Shown: in pieces, positions 39,278 through 49,600 of the stretch
Layout: each line of letters opens with the position of its first letter
Position numbering within the stretch: the stretch's first letter is position 1
DNA from: Candidatus Thorarchaeota archaeon
GTDB taxonomy: Archaea; Asgardarchaeota; Thorarchaeia; Thorarchaeales; Thorarchaeaceae
Direction of reading: 5' to 3'
Assembly: GCA_038893995.1 (NCBI GenBank)
Contig: JAWAQK010000005.1
Location: 5,947 to 69,946 of the forward strand
Length of the DNA: 64,000 nt
Notes under the pieces: generated by a model
Seen by the model: only the letters and a program-made list of their open reading frames with translations
What the model was told of the DNA's origin: nothing
Databases searched by the model: none
Made by a program: the position numbers and the translations under genes

Positions 39278-39980
39278 GCTCTCTTATCATCTGGTCAAGT
39301 GAGTCAATCCTGCTGATGGCCAATGGGATTCTCATCTGTTCTGACAGCTCCAGGGCCAGACGGTCAACGGTCTCAGTTCCGTGAAGCACTACCAGAGTGG
39401 GTTTGAACTCCTGTGACTTGATCGCAACCATGGGCGCCCTGCCAGTGTTCACTCTCGTGAAGATCAGGCATCTCTCTGTTGTTGCCCCAAAGAGCTTCAG
39501 GAAGTCATCACTGTTCAGTTCTTTGACGGCGCGTTCTACATCTATGACCGTATACCCGTACACGGGCCTATCCAGGTATGCTTGACCTGCAAGAACGTCG
39601 CATTTCAGTCTTTCACAGAACTCTTTCGAGGAGAGTGGTGTGTTGAAGTCTCCCATGGCGAGAGCAATATTGAGATCCACTAGACTGACGTCCATCAGCC
39701 TAAGGAAAGCACTGGTCACTTGCCCACCGGTCCTACTATCGAGTGCGAGGAGCGCTGTCACGAAGCGTCTAATTGTTCCTGTGCCCGGCGACTTTCTCCT
39801 CCCCGACTCGTAGTCGCTTATCACGCTTGGACTTATCCCTAGATACTCCGCCAGTGTTGTCTGCGGTATCCTAAACCTCTCTCTCCATGCGCGCATTGTC
39901 TGACCTGGTTCATCAGACAGTGCGATTGAACCAGCAATCCTCTTGGCAAGTCTGTCCCTGATGGACGTCTCCGTCGACAC
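39249..39980 (-). CDS. XRE-type HTH transcriptional regulator with C-terminal domain of unknown function
   Basis: HTH QTTLAEYLGISPSVISDYESGRR. Confidence 0.6.
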   Translation of the reverse strand: MSTETSIRDRLAKRIAGSIALSDEPGQTMRAWRERFRIPQTTLAEYLGISPSVISDYESGRRKSPGTGTIRRFVTALLALDSRTGGQVTSAFLRLMDVSLVDLNIALAMGDFNTPLSSKEFCERLKCDVLAGQAYLDRPVYGYTVIDVERAVKELNSDDFLKLFGATTERCLIFTRVNTGRAPMVAIKSQEFKPTLVVLHGTETVDRLALELSEQMRIPLAISRIDSLDQMIRELKSLFRDSE

Positions 39981-40413
39981 ATTGATTTCTAACCCACCAT
40001 GTTAGATAAGCATTTCGACTATTGTCGATGTGTGGTATTTCATTGTCCGTCCAGAGAGATCTCATCCTGGATGGCTGATACATAAGGATTCATCAGACTG
40101 CTGCAATCGACTCTGGCAAGACATCACGTGGGAGAGAAAAGGAATTGGTAGCGGGTGGTCGAGTTTCAGCCAGCTGAACTTGTCAGGCTTGCCTTTGAAC
40201 GACCGATCTCGGGGTTTCCCAAGCGGAGCTCAGTTGCATCCGCAGTTATGAGCCCCGCGGGATAGATTGCCAGCAGCGTGGATCAGATCCACACGACTCC
40301 TGGCTTCCCCAACCCGCTGACTATCTTTCAGCTCGGGATGGGATAAAAGGATTTTCGTAAGAAGTTTCAGCGCATATGACCCGTGCCGTGAGATTAGCAT
40401 CTCTTCTCTGACG

Positions 40414-40902
40414 TCACAAGGCCTTTCCTTGAGCTTGGCCGACAACACTTGAAGGGAGTGCTCTCACGATGCTTTCCAGCAGGGACGCAAAGGCAACCGA
40501 GGCTGTGGCTACCTCTCTGCTGATACTGCCGCTGATATCATCATTTAGATTGTCAACCAGGACCTGAACCATCTGCTCAATACTCACCAATCCCCTCAAC
40601 CAGCAGTAAGCAATTATCGCCTCGTAAGTGTCGGCCGCCTTTCCGACGTCCGTTCGCTTTCCAATACTCTCGTAGACACAACTCGAGCGAATTGCTCGCG
40701 CAAGAATGATATCCCGCACCCTCTCTCCATGCAACCGACCGAGAACCAGTGACTTCGCCACCGAGTAACACAGGTTCACAATGCAGTCGCCGACCTGGGC
40801 CAGTCCAGTGTCATTAGTGATTTCTCTGAGAGTCTCATGACGAGTCAGATCGTACAACATGCGAACCGCACCAGTCCATGATGGATCGGAGTATAGTGTC
40901 AT
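40414..40902 (-). CDS. hypothetical helical protein (weak RNase III-like resemblance)
   Basis: 162-aa ORF upstream of rpoL; weak resemblance only. Confidence 0.3.
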   Translation of the reverse strand: MTLYSDPSWTGAVRMLYDLTRHETLREITNDTGLAQVGDCIVNLCYSVAKSLVLGRLHGERVRDIILARAIRSSCVYESIGKRTDVGKAADTYEAIIAYCWLRGLVSIEQMVQVLVDNLNDDISGSISREVATASVAFASLLESIVRALPSSVVGQAQGKAL

Positions 40903-40913
40903 GCAGATTGTAA

Positions 40914-41192
40914 CTATTCCTTCCAGCTGTTCACGAACTCCTTTCTGAACTCCTCTACACGTGCCAGCATCTTCTCAAGCGCCTCCCGTAGTACGGTCTT
41001 GGCTTGATGATCCCTCGTCCTGAGCGTAAACACAGGATTGCTAAGGAGAGGGTGTTTCAAAGCGTAGCCCGCGAATTCTACACTGGGCTCTTCGAGAAGA
41101 GTCCTCCGCAACAGGTTGCAGAACGAGTGTCCCTCTCCCACTATCTCAATCTTCAGATCATAGTCGCTGCTTTCAATCAGGTTTATCTTCAT
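40914..41192 (-). CDS. rpoL: DNA-directed RNA polymerase subunit L (Rpo11)
   Basis: EGHSFCNLL...FAGYALKHPL signature, 92 aa. Confidence 0.85.
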   Translation of the reverse strand: MKINLIESSDYDLKIEIVGEGHSFCNLLRRTLLEEPSVEFAGYALKHPLLSNPVFTLRTRDHQAKTVLREALEKMLARVEEFRKEFVNSWKE

Positions 41193-41196
41193 GTTT

Positions 41197-41958
41197 CTAC
41201 CTCCTCTTCAGATTACTTCTCCTCAGATGTGAATCTCTGCGAGTCGACTCAGGTCCCACTCTTCTGGAATCCACAGTTGATCGTCTGTCGCGCGAGACAG
41301 GACGTCCTGCCGACGGCCTTTGAATACTACCATATGTACGATGCCTTGGTGCAAGGTCCGGTCTTGGTTCTATACCAAACCAGCGACCATAGTCTGAGGC
41401 AACTTCCCTTGTCTCTCTGTTGTCACATGCTAGACACGCCAAGTTGTTGTGTGTGGTATGAACCAGCTCGTGGCCGCACTTCCTGCACTTTGCATAGATT
41501 ACTCCAAGATCAGGACCAACAAGACTGAGCTCAACAGGAATCTTGTGAGTCGTCAATACCATTGCCCTGACTATGTCTCCGACTGCTATCACGTCATGCA
41601 TAGACTTCACATAGCGCCTGGTCACATTGGCAATGTATACTTCCCCGAGCCAGGAGTTGTGTACATCGATCTCGTTTCTTCTGGCAATTGCAATCTCCGC
41701 TCTCTGGTCATACACACTGGAAACCTCTCCTATGACAATGTCCCCCTTGAGGGGTAGCGCCAGCTTTACTCTTCCATCCGTGTTCAGCACCTGAATGCTT
41801 CGTGCCTTCATGTCCATCGACACTACGCCGGCGGTCGCTGCAAAGACTGCCCCATCATGCTCGTATGTTCCGAAGCTTGGCATGAGTTCCTCGATGACGC
41901 AGAGTCTGTCTCCAGGGACCACAACATCACCGTTCCTAACGTTTGCCAATGACATCAC
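41197..41958 (-). CDS. csl4: exosome complex RNA-binding protein Csl4
   Basis: N-terminal domain, S1 domain, C-terminal Zn ribbon CRKCGHEL...CLACDN; Arg-rich C-terminal tail. Confidence 0.85.
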   Translation of the reverse strand: MMSLANVRNGDVVVPGDRLCVIEELMPSFGTYEHDGAVFAATAGVVSMDMKARSIQVLNTDGRVKLALPLKGDIVIGEVSSVYDQRAEIAIARRNEIDVHNSWLGEVYIANVTRRYVKSMHDVIAVGDIVRAMVLTTHKIPVELSLVGPDLGVIYAKCRKCGHELVHTTHNNLACLACDNRETREVASDYGRWFGIEPRPDLAPRHRTYGSIQRPSAGRPVSRDRRSTVDSRRVGPESTRRDSHLRRSNLKRR

Positions 41959-42574
41959 TCCTCTCTATCCGATAGAGATCGACCTCTATCGTGTGTATGC
42001 TCTTTTGGTGGAATTCGTAAAGATGTCCTATTGGAAATCTCAATGTTTCCACGTGTGTCACTCTGCCACCCATCTCCACTATTGCTTGGGTAAGGAATCT
42101 CCTGCTCTTCTCGCTGGAGAGATGGAAGCTGTATGTCACTTCCGCCACTGAGAGAGCCCTCCTCAGGAATCTGAGGTCTGCACCGCGGGTCTTGACGCCG
42201 AAGGGCGGATTGGACAGCACGGTATTCGCAGTCTGACGAATCTCAAAGGATGATACGTCAGCGAGTATCCATTCTGTGACACCTTCTACACCAAGTAAGT
42301 CGGCGTTTCTTCGTGAAACCTTTAAGGCTTTGGATTCTACATCGACACCGAGGACCATCTTGGCCCCCATCAATGCTGCTCCCAGCGCGAGTATGCCATT
42401 TCCACAGCCGAGATCGCATACAGTCTTCCCTGTTATGTCTCCGTGCTGGACCTGAGCTGCGTACACAACCCTTGCTGCAATAGTGGCTGGAGTAGGATAC
42501 TGCTCAAGTCTGACATCAAGATCAGTCATCGGATCGATTGACTGCAACAGCATCTCGAGATTCTTGAGTCGCAT
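41936..42574 (-). CDS. SAM-dependent methyltransferase with NPPFG motif (predicted RNA/N6-adenine-type methylase)
   Basis: motif I VCDLGCGNGILAL, motif IV NPPFG; conserved partner of csl4 in archaeal exosome operons. Confidence 0.8.
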   Translation of the reverse strand: MRLKNLEMLLQSIDPMTDLDVRLEQYPTPATIAARVVYAAQVQHGDITGKTVCDLGCGNGILALGAALMGAKMVLGVDVESKALKVSRRNADLLGVEGVTEWILADVSSFEIRQTANTVLSNPPFGVKTRGADLRFLRRALSVAEVTYSFHLSSEKSRRFLTQAIVEMGGRVTHVETLRFPIGHLYEFHQKSIHTIEVDLYRIERSDVIGKR

Positions 42575-42661
42575 GAGTATCCGGCCTCTTCACGGACGTG
42601 AGTGGGATCAAATGACGTACCTAGGTAATACCCATCCTTATGACCTCTTCACACTGTCTTC

Positions 42662-42703
42662 TCCAGTGGAAGAAAGACTATTACCAGGTTCGTTTCCAGT
42701 GGA
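42662..42703 (+). promoter_or_regulatory. two direct copies of TCCAGTGGA (origin-recognition-box-like) in the 140-bp region immediately upstream of orc1/cdc6
   Basis: CTCCAGTGGAAG at 42661 and TTCCAGTGGAGT at 42694, 33 bp apart; resembles the archaeal ORB core as I recall it (unverified). Confidence 0.4.
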
Positions 42704-42713
42704 GTTGACATAA

Positions 42714-43961
42714 ATGGAAAAACCCCTTGACAAGCTATTCGACAAGTTTCTTCAGGGCCAGGCGATATTCAGAAACAGAAATGCGTTGCGACCAACCTTC
42801 GTCCCTGACACACTGCCCTTCAGGGAAGAACAGATGGCCCGGATTGCGTCCATACTCGGACCCGCCCTCAGAGGGGCCCCCCCTTCAAACATACTCTGTT
42901 ACGGCAAGACAGGTACGGGAAAGACTGTAGTTGCAAGGTATGTCCTGAACGTGCTCGTCGAAAAGGCGAAGGAAAGTGGGGTGAAGGCCCCTATCGCGGC
43001 CTATGTCAACTGCCGAATCGTAGGTACGAACTATCGCGTACTCAAGCGTCTTTGTGACCAGATCGATGCGACAATGCCAGACGGGACAGAGGTTCCATTC
43101 ACAGGGCTTCCTACGGATGAGATTCGCGATCTCCTGAAGAACAAGCTCGACGAGGAATCAAACATACTGACGGTGGTCTTGGATGAGGTGGATAGCCTTC
43201 TCAAGCGAGATGCCAGCCAGGGTAATGACATACTATATGGCCTTACTCGGATGAATGGGGAGCTCGAGAACAGTAGGATATCCATAATTGGAATAAGCAA
43301 TGATCTCAAGTTCAAGGAGATGCTTGACCCTCGTGTCTTAAGCAGCTTGGGTGAGGAGGAGATCATATTCCCCCCATACAATGCCGTTGAACTGAAGGGC
43401 ATTCTCGAGCAGAGAGTGAAGATGGCGTTCAACCCAGGATCGATCGCAGACGAGGGAGTCATCAATCTTGTCGGTGCGCTAGCTGCTCAGGAACATGGTG
43501 ATGCAAGGCGTGCCCTTGACCTCCTCAGAACAGCTGGGGAACTTGCAGAGAGGAGGGGTGAAGACAAGGTGACACAGGACCACGTTCGTGAGGCTCAGAA
43601 GATCCTTGAGCGCGATAGTGTTTCTGAAGCTGTCAAGACGTTGCCAATGCAGTCAAAGGCTGTCCTGCTGGCGGTCTATGCGCTAGTGGGCCGGGGTCAC
43701 CGTGACATAATGACCGGCGAGTGTTTCAATGTCTACACTGACATTGCAAGGAGCCTCTCAATAGACACCCTCACACAGAGACGCGTATCAGACCTGATAT
43801 CCGAACTCGACATGCTTGGTCTCATCAATACGACCGTGATATCAAAGGGAAGATACGGTCGTACAAAGAAGATTCGTCTGGCAGTTAGCAAGAGCCAGAT
43901 TGGGGCCATCCTCGAGGAAGATCCTCGTCTAAGCAAGCTTGCAAAGACGTTGGTTCCCTAA
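42714..43961 (+). CDS. orc1: Orc1/Cdc6 replication initiator
   Basis: AAA+ Walker A GKTGTGKT, Walker B VVLDEVD, C-terminal winged helix. Confidence 0.95.
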   Translation: MEKPLDKLFDKFLQGQAIFRNRNALRPTFVPDTLPFREEQMARIASILGPALRGAPPSNILCYGKTGTGKTVVARYVLNVLVEKAKESGVKAPIAAYVNCRIVGTNYRVLKRLCDQIDATMPDGTEVPFTGLPTDEIRDLLKNKLDEESNILTVVLDEVDSLLKRDASQGNDILYGLTRMNGELENSRISIIGISNDLKFKEMLDPRVLSSLGEEEIIFPPYNAVELKGILEQRVKMAFNPGSIADEGVINLVGALAAQEHGDARRALDLLRTAGELAERRGEDKVTQDHVREAQKILERDSVSEAVKTLPMQSKAVLLAVYALVGRGHRDIMTGECFNVYTDIARSLSIDTLTQRRVSDLISELDMLGLINTTVISKGRYGRTKKIRLAVSKSQIGAILEEDPRLSKLAKTLVP

Positions 43962-43978
43962 ACGATTGAGAGATCAAC

Positions 43979-45208
43979 TCACAGGCCGTGCAGTGGAAAC
44001 ACAGTTTCCTTGATCTTGTCAATAGTTTCACTGACTGCGCGACGGATGCTGGGCTCATTATCACAACTGACCCTGTATGGTCTGTCTGTCCACCCCTCTG
44101 CGTAGACTATGACTTTGGAATCGTTACAACGTTCTACCCATCTCGGTGGCAACTCGGTCGGAAGACGAACTCCTATCAAGTCCGAGAGAATCATAGTCCA
44201 TATGCGTGCTGCAATCGCCGGATTGTAGCCCCCTCCTCCGACCACAACAAGCCCGCTGTTCATCTTGCTGACGAGTCTGCGCACGGTTTCAGACATGCGC
44301 GCATAGGTGTCGTTTGTCAACATGAGATCTGCCAAAGGATCATACATGTGACAGTCAGCGCCAATCTCCCAGAATACAAGGTCCGGGGCGTAGACACGCC
44401 AGATTGGCACAACCACCTCCTCGAAGGCTCTCCAGAACTCGTAGTCGTCTGTGAGTGGGGGAAGTGGTATGTTGATCGAGTATCCCTTGCCTGGACCTGT
44501 CCCGATCTCCTCAACTCTGCCGGAGCCCGGAAAGAATCCGATGCTCAACTCGTGCATGGAGATGGTCAATACATTTGGGTCTGAGTAGAATGCTCTTTGA
44601 GTGCCATCCCCATGATGCGCGTCCGTATCGAGATACAACACTCTCTTTCCCGGATACTCCTTCCTGTATCTCTTCAGGGCTACCACACAGTCGTTGTAGT
44701 AGCAGAAGCCTGCCGCCTTGCTCTCGGTCGCGTGATGAAACCCACCAAAGAAAGAGACCGCATTCTTGAACTTGCCCTCTGCCACCCCCATTGTGGCATC
44801 CACAGTTGCGCCTACCGGATATCTGGCGTAGGTGTCCACATTCGGGAATATTGGGCACTCCTCCGAGTCAAGCCCGAATCTCACCGCATAGGCACTTCCC
44901 ATGTTGCTGAATAGCTCCACAGTTTCCACATATGATGGGTCATGGTAGATCAGCAACTCCTCCCGTGTGGCTTCCCGCATCGGAACCAGCATCAAATGCT
45001 CCGATTCAGTCAGTCCCGTTTCAACTGCCAAGCCCCAGACAATCTCAAACCTGGCCCTGTTCCAGTACGGATTCTCGGTGCCCCTCATTCTCCTGATGTC
45101 ATCGAGTCCGTCAAGCGCCAACATCATGTCAGGACTGAAGAGGACAGTTTCGGCATCCATGATACGGTACTTCCTGAATCTTGGTCCTAGTCGGCATCTT
45201 TCTCCCAA
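43979..45208 (-). CDS. histone-deacetylase-family protein (AcuC/HDAC class I/II-like lysine deacetylase)
   Basis: DTDAHHGDG and zinc-ligand pattern; 409 aa. Confidence 0.9.
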   Translation of the reverse strand: MGERCRLGPRFRKYRIMDAETVLFSPDMMLALDGLDDIRRMRGTENPYWNRARFEIVWGLAVETGLTESEHLMLVPMREATREELLIYHDPSYVETVELFSNMGSAYAVRFGLDSEECPIFPNVDTYARYPVGATVDATMGVAEGKFKNAVSFFGGFHHATESKAAGFCYYNDCVVALKRYRKEYPGKRVLYLDTDAHHGDGTQRAFYSDPNVLTISMHELSIGFFPGSGRVEEIGTGPGKGYSINIPLPPLTDDYEFWRAFEEVVVPIWRVYAPDLVFWEIGADCHMYDPLADLMLTNDTYARMSETVRRLVSKMNSGLVVVGGGGYNPAIAARIWTMILSDLIGVRLPTELPPRWVERCNDSKVIVYAEGWTDRPYRVSCDNEPSIRRAVSETIDKIKETVFPLHGL

Positions 45209-45272
45209 TTAACCCTGATGATATGTAGGCGACGTCATCAACAGTCCATCCGAAACACTCATTATTCGACTG

Positions 45273-46316
45273 ATGGCGGCGTTTCCTGTGATTTCCCCGT
45301 TTGAATTGCTCAGACAGGTTCTCTCTGGAGATCTGGGGGAACGACTGCCCATCTCGTTATGGAAGCACCATCCATACGCTGATCGCGACCCGGTGAGCCT
45401 GGCGGAAGCAGAAACGTCGTTTCATCGGGAGTTTGACCACGATCTGATGAAGATCACATTTCATGGCAGGTACCCAGTGGTCGACTGGGGGTGTGTTGCT
45501 GTCTATGACGGACGGATATCCGGCTCAACTACTTGCGAATCATGTTCGGTCAATTCAGTCAGTGACTGGGAAACACTCGAACCCGTCGATGTGAACTCGG
45601 GAGAGTTTGGGAAGCAACTTCGGGCTGTTGAACTCATCAGCAGGTATGCTCACAATCGTGTTCCCACGGCTGCAACGGTGTTCGACCCCGCGATGGTGGC
45701 AGACAAGCTGTGCTGTAACAGGCTGCTCGACTATGCTTCCGAAGCACCCGAACGCCTGAAGATCGCGCTACAGATGATAACGGGGGTAATGGTCGAGTTT
45801 GGACGAGCATGTCTCGAGATAGGCTGTGATGGACTATTCATAGCCTCTCAGCATTCTACCAGCTCAGTGAGTGATGCGTTCTTCCGAGAGTTTGTCCTTC
45901 CCTATCTGTCTGAACTTATTTCCAAACTTCGGTCTAGGACAAGAATGCTGTTAGTTCATCTCCACAGCGTGGGCCCCAGTGATGAGGTCCGACTTGCAGA
46001 GGTATCACGAATATTTGGTATTGATGCCCTCAACTGGGACGCGCAGGGCTCGGGCCCCGGGCTTAAGGAGGGGAAACGGATCAGCAGGAGAAGTGTGATG
46101 GGTGGCATTGATCAAGATGGCTTGTTGAGGACTGGCACGCATGACCAAGTTGCCTCAGGGGTGATCAGCGCCATCAGAAACGCCGGGCTCAGGTCGCTGG
46201 TAGTGGCCCCTGGCTGTGTCATTCCAATTGACGTACCATCTGAGAACATCCACTCAGCGCTGAGTATTGTCCGATCTATTGATCCATACTCGAAGGAGTG
46301 GTCTCCATTCGAGTGA
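45273..46316 (+). CDS. uroporphyrinogen-decarboxylase (URO-D) family protein, MtaA/CmuA-like methyltransferase
   Basis: URO-D TIM-barrel pattern over 347 aa; no adjacent corrinoid protein. Confidence 0.65.
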   Translation: MAAFPVISPFELLRQVLSGDLGERLPISLWKHHPYADRDPVSLAEAETSFHREFDHDLMKITFHGRYPVVDWGCVAVYDGRISGSTTCESCSVNSVSDWETLEPVDVNSGEFGKQLRAVELISRYAHNRVPTAATVFDPAMVADKLCCNRLLDYASEAPERLKIALQMITGVMVEFGRACLEIGCDGLFIASQHSTSSVSDAFFREFVLPYLSELISKLRSRTRMLLVHLHSVGPSDEVRLAEVSRIFGIDALNWDAQGSGPGLKEGKRISRRSVMGGIDQDGLLRTGTHDQVASGVISAIRNAGLRSLVVAPGCVIPIDVPSENIHSALSIVRSIDPYSKEWSPFE

Positions 46317-46437
46317 TAATCAGCAATGCAATCAGCGAGCGGTCTCTCACCGTTCACCTGGTAATTGAGAAAACGATCACTGAACACGAACATAATGTCT
46401 TGGCGGACAGGTCTGCAATCCCCTGGACCAGCGGAGG

Positions 46438-46537
46438 TGCCGAGGGAGGGATTCGAACCCCCGAACTCCTTCGAGAGTGGATGTCTCTCCTCTAAGATCT
46501 TGAGTCCACCGCCGTTGACCAGCTTGGCTACCTCGGC
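46438..46537 (-). tRNA. tRNA-Leu (anticodon CAA) with a 16-nt intron after position 37; CCA not encoded
   Basis: reverse complement: acceptor GCCGAGG/CCTCGGC, anticodon stem GTGGA/TCCAC, loop CTCAAG then intron, long variable arm TCTCGAAGGAGTTC identical to the other tRNA-Leu, T-loop TTCGAAT. Confidence 0.75.
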
Positions 46538-46609
46538 ACCTTGTGCTCTGTCGTCCTCCAGTGGTTTATAGGAATTTCGTAGCGCGTGATGAACCAGACG
46601 TAATAGTCC

Positions 46610-49600
46610 CTATGTGTCCTCCTGTCGCAGGAGCCTGGCCTTCGACTGGAATATGGGGCCGATAGTACCCATTATGAACCTGACGAACCCCTCGTCCTCT
46701 GTCACAACCCCTACGATCTCCTCCTTCTTTGCTGAAGCTGGGGCCAGCAGCATCTCCTCGCTGTCCCGGATACAGGCATATACGTCTCGTTCAGGTCTTG
46801 TTCGAATTCTGACGTTTCCCTTCCCGATCAGTGCCTTTGCCTTCTCCATGATCCTCGGATCTTCTGAAACTACAATTTCGATGCCGATTGCGCTCTTACT
46901 CCTAGCTATCATGTCTTCAGGCACCTCATCATAGCTGGGAAGGACCAAAGTCACTTTGGACTTGGCTCTCTGAACCATATCCTGAATGTGTGATAGGACT
47001 GCCTTGTGGGTCACAACAGTCCATGTCTTCTTCGCACCAGGATATCCTGAATTGACAAGCCTGTCCCACCCCACACGGAGGATCTTGGCAACCTCAGTGC
47101 CTTCTCCTTTTACTGAGACTGAACTTGGGAACGCTCTCTCGAAGAACGCATTCGTGTTCCCAACAAGATCGCTCTTCATCGCCCCCTGTGTCAGCCCGTT
47201 GATCTCACTGACAAGGGAGTCTGAAAGGGAACCAAGTTCGTTGCACAGTGAATCGACAAGAGTTTCCACGTCCTTTCTGAAGGATATTGTTTCACTCTGT
47301 AACGACTTCAATGATGATGATACTGTTTCCACAGATTTGCTCTTGAATTCCTCAGCAGTCTCTGTCAGTGTCTGGAGTAGCTGCTCACCTGACTTGTCTG
47401 TGGCAACCTTTGAAGCGTCTAGATGTGTCGTGATCTCGGACTCCGACTCCACTACAAGCGTGTTGAGCTTCTCATTGATGCCGTTGACCTCGGTGTTGAC
47501 ATATTCCATGAGATCGTCGGTCACACGTTTCAAATTGGACTCAAGATCACTCACTGTGGACAAGAGTCCATCTCCCAGCACACGAAACTCTGTTGTGAGC
47601 CGTGAGTCAATGGTCTTGCATTGCTCCGACAATGTATTGGCCGTCGCATCCACCGTCTGTGTTATTTCCTGTGTGATTGTTTCAAGTTGTCTTGAAATCT
47701 CTGAACTGGCTTCCTCGAACATCTCAGCTATTCCGCTAATGACCTCGTCTGACTCATGACCGAGTGTTTCCCTGCGCCTCTCAAGAGCCTCCTCAAGTTC
47801 CGCAAGCGTCGTTTCAAACTTGTGCTCTGTTGCCTCGATTGCACTGTCAGCCTGACTACTCACAGAGCTGCGCAAGCCACTCGCAAGTGTCCTCATCTCT
47901 GTTTCAATACGTTGCCCCACCGCTTCAGCCGCATTCCCGTGCTTGGTAACGATCTCGTTGAGACTATTCCTCTGGATCTTCAGCAGTTCCTCGGTGTCAG
48001 ATAACACTTGAGCAAAGGACTTCTCAGTGTGCTCATTCAGTTCCGCCATCATGTTATCCATCTGTGTTCGAGCTTGTTGCTCTGCGTTGTCTGCCTCTAC
48101 TAGTATGTGCTGCAGCTCCTTTCTGACAGCTTCCAGTAATTGGTTCAATATCTCTTCGTGTGACCTCAGACGCTCGGTAACAGTCCCCTGGACATCAGCC
48201 TGGATTTTCTCATGTATCGAGTGACTGTTCATGATCTGCTTCTTTGTCAGATCAATAATCTTGTTGCTCTGCTGGGTAAGTCTACTGTTCGATTCTTTCA
48301 CTGCACTATCGGCAATTTGCTGTATCTCCGCAGATGCATCTTGGACAATCCCCGTCATTTGCTGCTGTAGCTTCTGTGCCATCCTGTTTAGACTCTCTAT
48401 GGTCCTCTCTGCGACCGCCTTGATACTTGATTCGGTGGCCTTCAAAGTGGCGCTCAGTTCCTCTGTGATGGAGGACATGGCAGTCTGAAGAAGGGTCTCC
48501 TCTGCCTTTAGTGCCTCCTGGTTTCGTAATACCAATGATTGACCTATTCCATTCAACGAGTCTCTGAACTCGGTCCTGGCATGTCCCACTATCATCGAGG
48601 TCTCCTGATCAATATCTTTCACTGCCGCCGATGTCGCAGCTGACAGTGTTTGAATTGAACCAAGTCCTATTGTTCTTGATCTGTCTCTGGCATCGGTTAC
48701 ACTGTGCTTCAATGCGCCAAGGAGGTCCGTGATGTCTTTACTGATGGAGGACAGTGATGCCTCGGCCGTTTCCTGAAACTGTTTCAAATCTGATGAGACT
48801 GAGTCTTGATGATCCCTGAGGACCAGACCGACCTTGTCAATGAACAAGTCAGTTTCCGATGCGACATGCTGCTTCTGAGCATCTGCTCGTTCTCTCTCGG
48901 ATGCAATCAGCTCCTGAACAGTTGTCGCAAGGGCCCCGTGTACATCATTCAACAGTCTTTGTGCCTGGTCGACCTGCTTCTTCACCAGCTCGACAATCTG
49001 CTTCCGCTCAACCCCCATCTTCTCTGAAAACGACTTCGACTCTGAATCAATCACCTGAGCACCCTGTGCAGCAACAAGACTCATTGCCTGCCTTGATTGT
49101 TCAGCGGCCACCCCCAGAATGGACCTTTCCTCTTCAAGCACCTTGTCGATTGACTTGGTGAATGTTCCGCGGCTCGATGCCAGACTGGATGTCGTCGACC
49201 TACCAAGGCCTTCGATACTGGACACTATTCCCTTTCGTGTGTTGTCGATCGTGGTTGTGGTTTCTGACGACCATCTTTTCATTCGCGTGATCAGAGAGGT
49301 TCCAGCAGACGAAACATTGTTCTTGACTTGGTCAGTCAGAGGTGCAATCGTATTGCCAGCTTTGTCTTTCCATTCGGTGAATGCATTCTGAAGAGATGCC
49401 TTGCAGGACTCGAGAGCCACATCCATCTTTCTTGTTGAGGAATCAGCAATCTTGGAGAGTCGCTCCGAGGAGTTGCTCCTCAGTTTCGCGATGGAGTCCT
49501 TCTTATCAGTCAGCGTTCGAACAGTAGACTCTGTCAAATCACTGAGTTGGTTCTTGATGTTCTTCACAAGTGTTTCTACAGCTTGCTTTGTTTCTTCGCG

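Noticed and set aside
39981-40413. Tried to fit archaeal SRP RNA or RNase P RNA here (SRP19 and RNase P proteins are nearby)
   Set aside because: The conserved helix-8 GGAAG.AGC and P4 AGGAAAGUCC elements were not found. The region is kept only as an unspecified ncRNA candidate.
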